64,000 bases of DNA from the human T2T-CHM13v2.0 reference genome, Homo sapiens, in NCBI RefSeq assembly GCF_009914755.1, contig NC_060931.1. One strand, given 5' to 3'. Shown here piece after piece: positions 42,816 to 56,853 of the stretch. A program made the position numbers and the translations under genes. The notes under the pieces are model-generated. The model was not told where the DNA came from and made no database searches. It was given only the letters and a program-made list of their open reading frames with translations. How positions within the stretch are numbered: position 1 is the stretch's first letter; each line of letters starts with the position of its first letter.

Positions 42816-45058
42816 TCCCCCATGGATCATATTCCTCTGCACCATGCTGGGCACAGAATAGATCCTCAGTAAGGAAGTGTTAGATAAACAAGCTGAACTT
42901 CAGATTATAATGATGCAATGCACATTTGCCATTCTTTTTCAGATGCCAGTATCTTAACCACTTGCTTGTTTGAGAATCCTCTCCTTAGGGAGCAGAGCTC
43001 TGTTCCCACTGAAAAGCTGGGATTGGAAAAATCAACCCCAGGCTCTGAAGGGATTCTGGGGCTGGATTGCAGAATGGGCAGCCTGTGCCATGACCACCAG
43101 CAGCAAAGAAGGTGGTGCTGATGACAACACACCACACGGTGGCTGTGTCCTGGTGCCCCCAGCTCTGGTGTTATGCCCTCGGGAGGCAGGTTTGTGGCGG
43201 GCTTTGGGGGCTTTGGCAGAGAACATGACTGAAAGCTGCTCATCTGACCCAGTATGACCTCCGGAGCCTCTTGTTCCCCTTCAGGCAGCCTTTTTCCATT
43301 TCTCCAGCCTATATTTGGGTTCTGTCTCTCAGGCTTGCATGACAACACAGGTGGCCTTCGTTTCCTGATATTTTCCAGAGAGTGTATATTACTGTATAAT
43401 TTCCATTCTGCACAGCACAGAACAGCCAGTCACTTTGGAATCTGAAGATCTGGATTTGAGCTTGGGTCACTGTTCACATTCTGTTCATGTTTGGAGAATT
43501 GTGCATCCTCCCAGGCCTGAGTAGAAATGGTTGGCCCTGGAGGCCTACGTGGCCTCCTGTTCATCTTCCCAGCCAGGGCCTCACTGTGTGGCTCATGTTA
43601 CTCAGACGTGCTTGGAGGCTGGAATCCAACCACAAGTGCACAGTGGAGATCCATCTGCAGCTCTGAGGTTAAAAGCAGGGACTTTGGCATTTGGCCATCC
43701 AGGGGTATGAGGGTGGACTCCAGTCCTTTCCCTCCACCCTGGAAACAGTGAAAACAGAGACATGCTGAGCCCCTATGAGCCTCCTGGGAGGGAACATACC
43801 TCCCTTCAACTGGTCCTCAGAGACCTGCCAGCCCTGGCACTTCAGCACCACTCCCCTAGTCCCCCTCCTGGAGTTTCTGAGTGTCTGTGAGACTTCTGCT
43901 TCCTACCTTTGCTTTGCTGTAATCAAAAGAACCATCTGCTGCCCCAACAGCTGACAGAAATAAATTAATTAAATTAAATGTAAAAACTGCTACTTAGGCT
44001 AGAGTACAAGACCTAATCACTATGAGTGGAGACTAACCTCTGACCTCTCACATCTCCTTCACCCTCACATTAAAAATGCATTATTTCATTTGAGTCAAGT
44101 CTTTAAAAAAAAAATGTATGGCCATGGAAATGCTGGAAGTCTCTAATGTCCTGAAAACTATAAACATAAATTCTCACATATCACATGCAAGCAATAAGCT
44201 AACACACTTTTAAATTTAAAAAATTTGGGAAAAGAATTTAGAACAAAATAGAGTAAAATACAAATTAAAGAGCATTAGGTAGTTTACCATAAAGGTAAAG
44301 GCTTTTATCATTAATATGCACTCTAGAATTATCAATATTGTTTAACTTAACAATTGAATTTAAGAAGGCATCAAAGTGAATCTATCAAAAGAGATTTTTT
44401 AAAAAGGATAGATAATACTGTCATTATTTGTAGATTATAAGATTACATGATTGTACACCTAAAATACTTATATAATACTACTGGATTTGTTCTAAAAGAG
44501 TAGAATATAGTGATCAGACTTTAAAAAAAAAGAACAGAAAACAAAAGCTTTGGTATATACCAGCAATAATTATGAAGACATTAAATGAAAATAAACAGCA
44601 TTTCTAATAAGGACACAATACCAGCTCAGTGGGATTGTTTGGGACATGGGTTATCAAAAAATCACTAAGATCATTTAAGTATTTATGGTGAGAATATAGT
44701 ATACAGTTAAAAAATGTATTATAATAGTACTGTACCAGATATTAAATCACTCTTTTAATATGTAACTATGACAATTCTAGATAAGAATGGACAGAGATAT
44801 TTATACTATCGAAGTCAAGCAATGGGTCCTGATATAAATGAACTTCATGTAGGATGGAAAAAATTCACCAGTTGGCGAGAAAAGAAAGTATTTAGTAATG
44901 GTTTGGAGAGATTTGGTTAACTAATAGTAAATAAATTTAAAATTTCTGACAATAAGCTAACAAAAAAGGTGAAAATAATAAATAAAATTGAAGTTCTAGA
45001 AGAAAATAGAGATGCATATAGATCTACTCTTTGATTAGAGAAAATTTTTCAAATTTCA

Positions 45059-45397
<339 letters not shown>

Positions 45398-45510
45398 CTA
45401 TGCACATGGCATACAGTGATAAAAAGTCCAACAAATATTATAGATTAAGCACATTAATATTCTTAATACATGAAGAGATCAAAATAGATAAGATCACAAA
45501 TACTGCCTCC

Positions 45511-45873
45511 CGATATGGTTTGACTGTGTCCCCACCCAAATCTCATCTTGAATTGTAGCTTCCATAATTCCCACATGTTGTGGGAGGGACCTGGTGGGAA
45601 ATAATTGAATCATGGGGACGGTTTCCCCCGTACTGTTCTCATGGTAGTGAATAAGTCACACAAGGTCTGATGGTTTTATAAGGGGAAACCTCTTTCACTT
45701 GCCATTCATTCTCTCTTTTCCTGCTGCCATGTAACACGTGCCTTTCCCCTTCCACCATGATTGTGAGGCTGCCCCAGCCACATGGAACTGTGAGTCCATT
45801 AAGCCTCTTTTTCTTTATAAATTATCCCCTCTTGAGTATGTCTTTATCAGCAGCATGAAAACAGACTAATACA
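45511..45873 (+). mobile_element. THE1 (THE1A/B-like) solo LTR
   Basis: (t>c)gatatggtttgactgtgtccccacccaaatctc...gactaataca. 5-bp TSD cctcc (45506-45510, 45874-45878). Confidence 0.95.
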
Positions 45874-46776
45874 CCTCCTCAGAGTAAAGTCACAGAAGAA
45901 TAAATACAAATGGCTACTTGACATGTAAATAAGTTGAAACTCACTAGAACTTAAAAATGAAGTTCACTGGAAATTAAACACTAATTTTGCTGGAAGTTAC
46001 ACATTAAAAATTGAATTAAGTAGAAATTAAAAAATGTAAAATAAGAATGCAATTGTTTTCTTAGTACACTAGGAAAGAGTAGTTAATCTCATGTCAATCA
46101 TGAACAGGGTGTTATAATCTCTGAGGAACAGACTGGCAGCAGGAGTCAAGCTTCTTAAAAGTTATGTTCTTTAGAATCTGTGTGTCTGCTTCTAGGTGTC
46201 TCATCTAATTACATAGGAAATCTTCACAAGCATAGAGAAATATATCAAATAATTATTTTTAATAATTAAACATTTTAAAATTTCCTAGATCCAACAATAG
46301 ATATTCCACTTTTGGGGAGGAAGAGGACATAAGCCTTTTTTTGAAAAGTAACAAACTGACTCATTTACATATTATTTTACCAGACATTGGGCAAGGTGAC
46401 TCTGTTTTGAAGATCTCTGGATTGGCTGTGACCAAAACCACATCTTTGACCTTGCTACATTCAATAGAATAGAATTAATAATGGCCACCATTTGTTGAGA
46501 CCTGAATCTACACAGCAGACACTTTGCAGACATCCTCTAATATGATCTTAAAGGGATGATTCTTTCTCCCTTGTCCTTCTGTAACCTGCAAACATCACCT
46601 AGACTCTCTTCCCTTTTTTTTTTTAGCACTTTCATTCCTTCCCTTTCTGTGCTTTCTTTCTCTTGGACTCTTCCTTCCACTTCCTTAATGGAAATGTCTG
46701 TAAACCACTCACATAAAATGAGTTGAAACTCCCAATAACAGCGTGTGCTGCTGAGGGGAGGAGAGAGGGAAGAAGA

Positions 46777-46790
46777 ATGAGTCAGCAAAA
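46777..46790 (+). promoter_or_regulatory. Consensus ARE/MARE (NFE2L2 or BACH1 with small MAF; AP-1 core) motif
   Basis: ATGAGTCAGCAAAA matches RTGASTCAGCA with an AT-rich flank. Motif match only. Confidence 0.45.
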
Positions 46791-47906
46791 CAGAAGTTTG
46801 ACAACATAAAAAGTGATGTGCACCAAAAACCAGGTGCTCCTATGTTCAGAGGGGGACCAATTATCTGATTTGGAGCAGAATCAAGAAGGAATTGTAGTGG
46901 AGCCTCTAGGATCATAGGCAGGATTGGGAAAAGCGATACTTTTGACAGAACAAAATGAGCAGAGGGTTGGTTGGAAACACATACAAAGCTCAGGTGTCTA
47001 TTCTTTGTCATAAGCACCTACAAAAGTCAGGCACAACCTTGTTTAGTTGTGATTTTAAAAAATCCCCTCCCTTAACTGATTCAGAGTTATGAATTAATAA
47101 TAATGTGATGCCTTCACTCTCCACAAAAACAAAAATAAGAAAAATCCCTGCCTCGACTCATGCCCATTGGTCTTCATGGACAGCTACCAAAGTTGCAAAT
47201 GGAGATTCAAAACAGGAGGGAAGACTGAGCCAAGAATGAGCTGTCCTTGAGGGTGTTCCAATTCAAATGTATTTATCCTTGATAATTGCAGTAATTTTCA
47301 CATCATCACTTTACTTGACGTGTCTATTGTTTTGTGCTTTCTAAAACCCAGATAGCACCTTTGAAGATAACCTTCCTCCACTGCTCATTGCCTCTCCAAC
47401 CACTGAGCTCAGGAGTAAACTATGCATGCATTAGGTATTAAACATGGTCAAACAGGCTGTGTAATTCATTGACCTAAGAAAAATCACAGACGCATCAGCT
47501 CCTCCCGGGAAGTTTGTGATGAAATATTTTATCAGCCTCTCAAAGCATCAAAAAGCAAGACCAAAGAGGTACTTTCCAAAACAGGAATAATCCTCACAGA
47601 AACAATTAATGCAAGAGCCAAGGGGCTGAAAGAGAGAAGCTGGGAAGCTTCTATTTCTTACCAAACGCCGTTTTTTTTTTGTTGTTGTTGTTGTTTTGTT
47701 TTTTGGTTTTTTTTTATTTTAAATTGATTGGATATTTGCAGTCTAGTAGGCTTACCACTCATTTACGTGAAATGATGAAGCAGCAAGGATGACCTTAGCC
47801 TTCTGGGTCCAGTTCAAATGGATGGATTCATTCAGCATATCTTCAATGTCCACAGAGATTACTGGCCTTCTGCTGTGGTGGGGGAGCTTTAATTAAATAA
47901 TTAGGG

Positions 47907-49135
47907 CAGGAGCTGAGCAGCCCAGCATCAAGAAGGCTCTCAGCACACATTGGTCCACAAGCACCAGGCATGCGTCCTCCCCACCACCAAGACAACCAAG
48001 AGGAAAATCAGTTCAGCCAAAGGAACAGTAAAGGAAGAGCCCAAGAGGTGATCGGTATGGTTGTCAGCTAAACCTGCTCCTGAAAAAGTGGAAATAAAGC
48101 CAAGAAGTGGCGGGGGTGGGGGGCGGGGTGTGTGTGGGGTGAATAGCAGGAAAGGATAAATCTTCAGACAAAAAAGTGCAAACAAAAGGGAAACGGGAGC
48201 AATGGGAAAACAGGCTGAAGTGGCTGACCAAGAAATTAAAGAAGATTTACCTTCAGAAAATGAAGAAACTAAAACAGAGAAGAGTCCAGCCTTTGATAAA
48301 GCCAGAGAGAAAGAAGCCGAGTCTGATTAATATCATGTACCATGTCTTATCAGAGGTCCCTGTCTCCCTTTTTGTGCTATCCAGATGAATATTTTTATCA
48401 ACTGTTTTGTAAATGCAAGTTTTTCAGTAGCTCTAGAAACATTTTTTAAAAGGAGATAATTCCACCTCATTCCACTTTTTAAGTGTAAATGCTTTTTAAA
48501 AACAGGTTAAATCATTCACTGGTTGTTTGTTTTTTGGTACAATCAAAAAAATATTGTGACATAGAGAATTGTGGGGGACTTTGGCAGTCTCGGGTTTCAG
48601 CTTAATGTTCCATAAATGGGGGGTTAGTTTTTATTCTATAGTACAAAGCATACTAACTGGCAAGATGGAGTCACAGTCCTGCATTTAATGTCGTGAACAT
48701 TTAAAATTACTTCTAATCCCATGTTGTTTTTTGGTAGAATTGTTTATTAAAGAAAACCATTCCCTGATCATGATCATTCCTATCAAAATTGTGTGCACTC
48801 TGTGACATCTTCGATCATGACAGTCCTGCTTTCCTAATAACTTTGTGAGTGTGCTGTAAAAGTTGAAATTTGGAGTAGACAGTGTATATGCTATTCAACT
48901 GTGAATTGGTGGACATGTGAAACAGTCTATCGACATGTGTAGATACTGGTACATGATAGCCTCTTAAGGAATTTGCCTCCGAATTTGAAGCGGGAGCATC
49001 ACTGGAATAACTTTAAAAAAATTACAATACATGGCTTTTTAGATTTTCAGTGTGTATGTTAAGAATTGCATACAAATTGAAATGTCTGTATACTGATCCT
49101 CAACACAACAAATAAAATCTCAATTATGAAAAAAA
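47907..49135 (+). pseudogene. HMGN1: HMGN1 processed pseudogene
   Basis: Intronless. CDS remnant 47992-48330 (KRKISSAKG..KEEPKR*S..LSAKPAPEKVE..KDKSSDKKVQTKGKR..EESPA..EKEAESD*). ATG changed to ACA, TGA at 48049, frameshifts. ~800-bp 3'UTR, AATAAA at 49111, A-tail 49129-49135. Confidence 0.96.
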
Positions 49136-50502
49136 TACACACACTTAATTTTTCTGAACATTTGAAATTTTTAAAAAGATCAGGTTAGGAAATAATAAAA
49201 TAGAATTTAAAAAGAAAACAATCAATAACTTGGTATTCACTGGAACTGGTCTAAAACAAAATTATCCTAATCAGAGTGGGTGTGAGACAGGGAGCCGGCC
49301 CTGTGAGAGCCTGTGTCTTCCTGACCCAGCTTCCAGAATCAAGGACTTCCTAGTGAGACCACTTAAACACCAGATTTCCCATCCTGAGGCCTGGCCAACC
49401 TTTGTCCAGTCATCTCCCAGCCCAGAACTTTTAACTGTGACAGTCTCCAGAGGCAGAACGTTTGAGCACTTAAACGTGAGACTCTGCTTCCCCTAGAAGG
49501 GAAGGTATCCCCGGAGCCTAATGTTCTCTTTGGCTTGGACTAAACATTCCTCCTATTGACAGCCCCCTTCACCTTCCACCCCTCAACCCACAGATTTATA
49601 AGCAGCCCATAGCCCACTGCTGGGGCCAGTGTGCACAGACACTGACCTGGCAGGGGCTGGAAGGATGGTGGCTTTGACCCTGTCCCACATGCCCTGAAAC
49701 CACTGTCTCCACTCCACCCCCTCCCATCTGCTTCCCCAAATCTCTGCACAAGTCTGCATTAGGTGCAAACTTCCTTAATTGAAAAGTCCAGTGACAAACC
49801 TTCTCTAATGTTCCTGAGTACACGAGACACAGGACTATGTGGCATATTGGCTACTCTGGAGTGCACAAGAACTGGATTCAAGCCCTGCAGTCCTGCTCAA
49901 CTATTGAATCCTCCAATTCTCTGCTTCTATAGCTATAAAATAGAGAATAAAGTCATACTCAGAGACTTGCAAAGACCCAGTGAGCCCTGAACCATTCCTA
50001 TCTTAAAAAGAACAAGGAGAAACAGAAGAAAGCATAAGCAGCTAAAACAGAAATAGAATTATTCAGAAATAATTTTAAAATGCTAATTTCTTTTAATTTT
50101 TTCTATAAAAAGAAAATTTCTGTTTCTAATCACAATATAATTCAATTATAGGATTTACCAAATATTAACTCGTAGAGCCCTGCAGATCATGTGATCTGAA
50201 AATGGCTATAATAATAATTGATCAGCTTGTCTTTTATTTTATGTCATTGTGACTTTTTGTGTGCAGGCAAATCTGAAGACGTCCTCAAAGGCTTACATGG
50301 CAGGACCTTTGTGAAGGAAAGAACTGAGCCAAAGGGCCTTCCTGTCCTTCCCTGAACTTTCTGTCTCCATCCACTTGACTGGGCCTACTGGGTTGATTTT
50401 TTCTGAGTCTTGAGTGAAAAGCAGTGCAAGTTAAGCTCCCAGGCAATATGAGTGCTGATGTAGTATCCTTATTATTATGAACCCAAGCATACCGAGAACG
50501 TG

Positions 50503-50949
50503 TGGAGTGGTTGAGGAGTGTGTCCTAAAAGACACGTCCAAGTCCTAAACCCCAGTACATATAAATGTGACTTTATTTAGAAATAGAGCCTTTGCAGATT
50601 CAAATTAAGGATCTTAGGATGAAATCATCCTGAAATCAATAAACGTTGTCCTCATAAAAGAAAGGAGAAGGAGGTTAGAGACACAGAGCTACAGAGTAGG
50701 AGTCATATGAAGATGGAGCAGAGATTGGAGTGGTGTGGCCATAAGCCGAAGAGCTCCAAGGATGGGCGGCACCAACAGGTGCTGGAGAGAGGGCTGGGAC
50801 AGACTCCCTCATGGCCTCAGAAGGAACCAGCCCTGCCGACATCCTGATCTCATACTTCCACCCTCCAAGACTCTGAGAGAATACATTTCTGTTGTTTAAG
50901 CCAGGAAGTTTCTGACCATTTGTTACCGCATCCCTAGCAAACTAGTACA
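50503..50949 (+). mobile_element. MLT1C solo LTR
   Basis: aatgtgactttatttagaaatagagcctttgcagat...gaaggaaccagccctgccgacatc...aaactagtaca. TSD acgtg/acgta. Confidence 0.9.
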
Positions 50950-53029
50950 ACGTAGATAAATTTAATTACCAAGACAAACATTTTCTCCCAGGAGTGGTGT
51001 CCTTGAGGAATCTCTGCAGAGCCCCCAGGATTTTGTCAGCATAGTAAAAAGCAAAACAAAATAAAAGATAATAACAGACAAACAAATGAAACACCAAAAA
51101 TAGCTGAGATCTTTCCATGAAACAAATGGTAAAATTGGCAAATCTTCTATTTCCAATACAAGGAATGCAAGAATTGCTGTTCGGCCTATACACATCCTAT
51201 CCAAGGGGTGCAGAAGCGTCGTTAGAGGGCCCTGAGCATGGATAATGAAGTGCTGGTGTCAAGCCCCTCAAAAAAAAAAACAATAATGCAGGGCATAGCC
51301 AGTCTGAAATGCACACTGACTTCAGGGTAAGTGAGCCTGCAGGCCAGGGCCTCAGGGGACCCAGTGTCTGCAAGGCCACAGCTCGGAAGCACGAGGTCAG
51401 GGGAGGGGATCCTCTCCTAGGAGCCCTGGCAGAACTGGGAAAGCCAGTTGAGAGCTCATCACACATCCAGGGAGCTCGGCAGCCCCTGGACACAGGACAC
51501 AGCAGGACCCTGATTCAGTCTCCAGTTGCCTCTCTGGCCCATCCCACTGTGGTCCTCCTCCGCCCCCCAGCATCCATCCTCATGGCCCCTCTCCAGGGCC
51601 ATACACCCTATAGATGCTCCTTTTTCTGACACTGGGGGCTCTGTCCCTTCCTCTGGAAACCTGCATCCCCAGAACGCAGCAAGGTCCCAACTCAAATGTC
51701 ACAGCAAGAGCTGAATGCCAGGCCCTTGCCTGGTTACTCTCCAACACAGCTCTGTTTCATAGAATTTATGGGAAGCTGAATTCACCCAGGGGTTCCTCTG
51801 CATGCGCTGGTCTGACTGGCAGGTCAGTATGTGAGAGCCATCCATCTTGCTCACCTCTATCCCCAGCTCCTGACTTATACTTAGCACTGAATGAATCTCA
51901 GCAACCAACAGCACCAGAACTGATGACTATGGTGGGGAACATGAGAAGGCCCCGTATTTTCCATAGCATCTGCCCTTCTCAAGTTTGAACCCCTCGGTCA
52001 CCATGTCATTTTTAGGACATCCACACTGGATAGGTTGGGCAGTGCCACTTTGCATCTCTTAGCCAAGCCAATTCTTGCTCACTTAGCACCTGGGCTCCAG
52101 CAAGCCTCTTCCCAGTCCCTCATGTCCGGCTGAATATGTCTCCCCTGCACTCACAGCAGGAAGCCCACTCCAGAGAGGAAGAGGAAGAACCCTGAGCTGG
52201 GCAGGTCTGGTTTCCCAAACAGGCCAAGCAGAGAGTCAGGCATGGCGATAGTCAAGTGGCGCAGAAAGGTCATGAATTCACTTCTGTACGACCCCTCTTA
52301 AGGGATAAGTAGTGGGGAAAAGGGAGCCCTTCCACAGTGAAGTTCTGCTCTAGAAGAACTGGAGCTGGGTTGCAGCATCTACTCTCTCCATCCCTTGACC
52401 TCCCCTTGGAGAAGGAAGGGAAATCAAGACACTCCTTCTTCCAGGTGGAGCAGCCCCATGCTGTATGACATATGCCCCTCCACACAGCTATCCTTGGTGC
52501 TCTAGGCTGTGCCAACCACAGGTCCCGGCTCAGGCTCCTTGGAGGAGAGGAAGCTCAGGATGTGGTGCAGAGAGCACTTGCTCCAGTAGGGATGGGTAAT
52601 GGACATTCTTTTTCTTTTTCAGAGAAGGGAACATCCTCCTCCCTCTTCCCCACACCCTCCCATCCCCATTTCGTGGGCCTCAAAGATCTGATGAAGGCAC
52701 TACCTGTGGCAGCATGCATTCCCGCATACCTTCAAAAGGCAGCATCACAAACCATGATGTTTGCACTGTTGTTTAAATCATTTCTTTGACTTTTTCAACA
52801 ACGCAGGAAGGCAGAGATGACAGAAAGGCCTGACTTTCTCCTGTCAAGCTGGGCATCCTTGGGCAGTTGTAAGAATTAAGATGGTTGGTTGTTGGGCTCC
52901 ATCTATCTGCTAGAAACTATTTCAGGCATTATCTATGGTGATCCAACCTTAAAAATAATTCTGGGAGGTAGAGGCCACAGTGTTGGCCTGTGTCTGATAA
53001 TTTTTGCATGTTAATTGGAGAACCAATCC

Positions 53030-53196
53030 CTTAAACAGTCCTTAGACTTTAACGGATGCATGGCTCATATGCTATCCCCTGAAGTGCAGGTTCTGAGGCA
53101 GTGGCCTGGGGTGGGGCTTGGGACTCTGCATTTCTTACCAACTCCTGGGTGGGGCCAATGCTCTTAGTCCATGGACCACACTGTTAGTGGCAAGGT
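53030..53196. mobile_element. MER5A
   Basis: ctggggtggggcttgggactctgcatttcttaccaactcctgggtg...ggaccacactgttagtggcaagg. Confidence 0.75.
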
Positions 53197-53399
53197 CCTA
53201 TGACAACCTGAAGACCTTGCCCCTGTCCTAGCAGGTAAGTGACCATGAGTGCAACCCTGAGAAGGAAAGGAGACAAATGCAAAAAGAAAACATGAAGATG
53301 TCCATGCTCAACTGAGATTATGAAGAGTGCCTCCCCACAATCCAAAAAAAGGCAGAACAATTATACATCAGGAAGGAAAAAAAAAGACAAAATAATGCC

Positions 53400-54286
53400 T
53401 TCCTGTGCAAGTGAAGGTCATATTATTAAGTTTGTGGACAGAAAACAGTGATCAAGTTCACCTGGGATTATAAAATCTAGGTGGTAAAGGACCTCTTAGA
53501 GAGGTGTAGGTGGAGCCAAGGGGCTCAGAGATGAGCACTATGGGGCAATGGAGCTTTATCAGGCCTCCCAGGCCTAAATAGGTCAGCAGCGGAAGCAGTG
53601 TGCCTGTAGCCAGCATGGGCCAGAACTGTGGAGTTGACTCTATCCCAGCAGGGTTGTGGTCAAGAGGAACAGAGATGCCGCAGAACCACGCATGGGGCAA
53701 GGGAGAAATGGGAAGAAAAGACCTCTCTCTCTCTTTCTGCCCTCTGATATCTTGCTGATGCTTCCCACTGGTCAGACTCATCCAGGGTCCAGAGGCAAGG
53801 GAACTGGATGGTGCATCCATCAGGTCTACCAATGAGGCAAAGATCAGGGCACAGACGGGCAAAGGGAGATTAGGTGGGGTGTATTAGTCCATTCTCAGAT
53901 TGCTGGAAAGAACAACCTGAGAATGGGTAATTTATAAATAAAAGAGGTATAATTGACTCACAATTCCACAGACTATATGGGAAGGATGGCTGAGGAGGGC
54001 TCAGGAAACTTACAATCATGGCAGAAGGTGAAGGGAAAGCAGACATGTCTTACATGGCTGGAGAAGGAGGAAAAGAGTGAAGAGGGAGTTGCTACATACT
54101 TTTAAACAACCAGATCTGGTGAGAACTCAGTAACACAAAAATAGCATGGGGGAAATCTGCCCCCATGATCCAAGTGCCTCCCACCAGGCCCTACCTCCAA
54201 CACTGGGGATTACAATTCAACAAGAGATTTGGGCAGGGACACAAATCCAGACCATATCATGGGGCAAGCTGTGAATGGCCATCGCC
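53400..54286 (-). mobile_element. LTR33-like (ERVL) LTR, interrupted by MSTA
   Basis: ctgccctctgatatcttgctgatgcttcccactgg...ccagaggcaagggaac...ggggcaa. Left boundary approximate. Confidence 0.6.
53880..54259 (-). mobile_element. MSTA/THE1D-like solo LTR
   Basis: tgtattagtccattctc...ccagaccatatca. 5-bp TSD tgggg (53875-53879, 54260-54264). Confidence 0.92.
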
Positions 54287-55726
54287 AAGGTGATGGGCTT
54301 TGTATGAAAATGAATGAGTGCAGAGTATGTTTGGCTCTTGTTAAAGATCCTAAGCCCCTCACCTTAACCACGGCTTATATCTTACATCATTTTTTCCTTT
54401 AATTTTTTTTTTATGAATTTTACTTTTGGTGTCAAGCCTGAAAATTATACTTCACAAGGCTTAGATCCCAAATGTTTTCTATTGTGCTTTTTTTGGTAAA
54501 AGTTTTATATTTTACATTTAAGTCTGTGATCCATTTTGAGCTAATTTTTGCAGACAGTATGAGACTCAGATTTATAATTTTGCCTGTGGATGTTCAAATG
54601 CTCCAGCACCATTTGTTGAAAATGCTGTGCTTCCTCTACTAAATTGCTTGTGCACCTATATTAAAGTTGAGCATATTTCTGTGGGTCTTTTTCTGGATTT
54701 AGTATTCTTAGTATTCCACTGATCTGTATGTCTACACTTCCTCCAACGTGACACAGTCTTGATTACTACAGCCATACAAGTGTTGAAATAGAATCGACTG
54801 ATCCCTTCCACTCTAATTATTTTAAAATTTGTTTTAGTGATTCTGTTACCACTGACTTTCCATATCAGTGTTTAAATACTCGTGTCTACACCCACAAAAT
54901 ATATTTTTTTACAATTTGTGTAGGAATTTCATTCAAAATGTATATCAATTTGGGGAAAATTGACATCTTTTCTATATAGAGTCTCCCACTTCATGAACAT
55001 AATCTCTATTTATTTAGATTTTTGATTTCTTTCACCAACATTTTATACTTTTCAGCATACAAGTCCTGACATATGTTTTTAGATTCACCCCTATGTATTT
55101 ATTTTTCTTTAATGATTGTGAGTGGATTGCATTTATTTATGTGTCCACTTTTTCATTGCTAATGTATAGAAATTTAATTGATGTTTCTGTTTATCTTGTA
55201 TGCTGTAAACTTTCTGGATTCACTCATTAGCTCCAAAAATTTTTTTAGACTCCTTGGAATTTTCTATACAGACAATTTTATCTATAAGTAGGTACAGTTT
55301 TATTTCTTCCTCTCTGATCTGCATGACTTCTGTTTCTTTTTTTATTTTTTTTGTCTTGCTGTACTTCCTACAGCTTGCAATGCTAAGATGAATAATAGTG
55401 TCAAGAGCAGACATTCGTGCCTTAAGTATGACATTAGATGTAGATTTTTGTAGATATTCTTTATCAAGTTAAGGAAGTTCCATCCTCTTCGTAGTTTTCT
55501 AAGAGTTTTTATTATGAAAGGGTGTTGGGTTTTGTCAAATATTTTATTTGCTTCAATTGATGTGGTATGTAATTTTTCTTAACCTGTTAAACGGTAGATT
55601 ATATTGATTTTCAAATATTGAATTACTCTTGCATCTCTGGAATACATTTTACTTGGTCATGGCATATAATCTTTTTATATACTACTGAATGATATTTGCC
55701 AACATTTTATTAAAAATATTTGCATC

Positions 55727-56024
55727 AGCCAGACACAGTGGTGCATGCCTGTAATACCAGCACTTTGGGAGGCTGAGCCAGCAGGATCTTTTGAGTCCAG
55801 GAGGTCCAGACCAGGCTGGGAAACCTGGAGAAACCCATCTCTACAAAAAGTACAAAAATTAATAAAGCATGGTGGCATGTGCTTTTAGTCTCAGCTACTT
55901 GGGGGTCTGAGGTCAAAGGATGGTGTGAACCCAGGAGGCAGAAGTTGCAGTGAGCTAAGATTGCGCCACTGCACTCCAGCGTGAGCAACAGACTGAGACC
56001 CTTTATCAAAAAAAAAAAAAAAAA
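55727..56024 (+). mobile_element. AluJb-like
   Basis: Diverged dimeric Alu, poly(A), TSD core atttgcatc. Confidence 0.92.
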
Positions 56025-56387
56025 GGAACATTTGCATCTATCATCATGAAGGATATTCAGTCTATAGTTTCCATTTCTTTAAATGTTAGAAGTCTTCAGG
56101 GAAACAACCTGGGCCTCGAGATTTATTTTTCAGGTATTTTAACATTATGAAGCCAATATTGTTAATAGTTATTGAGCTATTCAGATTATTTCCTATTCAG
56201 TCTGCTTTTTAAGGAATTAATTTATTCATTAAAGTTATATTTAAGAGTGTAGAATTGTACACAGTATTTTCTTAATATCATTTTGATGCTTGTAGGGTTT
56301 GTAGTGGTATTCCATTTCATTATTCACATTGGTAACTGTGTTTTTATTTTTTCCTTTGCTTTTCTTGCTAGGGGTTTGTCAATTTAA

Positions 56388-56853
<466 letters not shown>

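Noticed and set aside
42905-43445. Cluster of 60-147-aa ORFs in GC-richer unique DNA (also 51197-51988 and 52270-52789)
   Set aside because: No recognisable domains, mostly non-ATG starts, no coherent exon structure. Expected by chance at this GC content.
48176-48388. 70-aa Lys-rich ORF
   Set aside because: Frameshifted reading of the HMGN1 pseudogene from a GTG start; no intact HMGN1 ORF.
47907-49135. Assigning a specific HMGN1P number or chromosomal locus
   Set aside because: There are many HMGN1 retrocopies; identification needs a genome alignment I cannot run.
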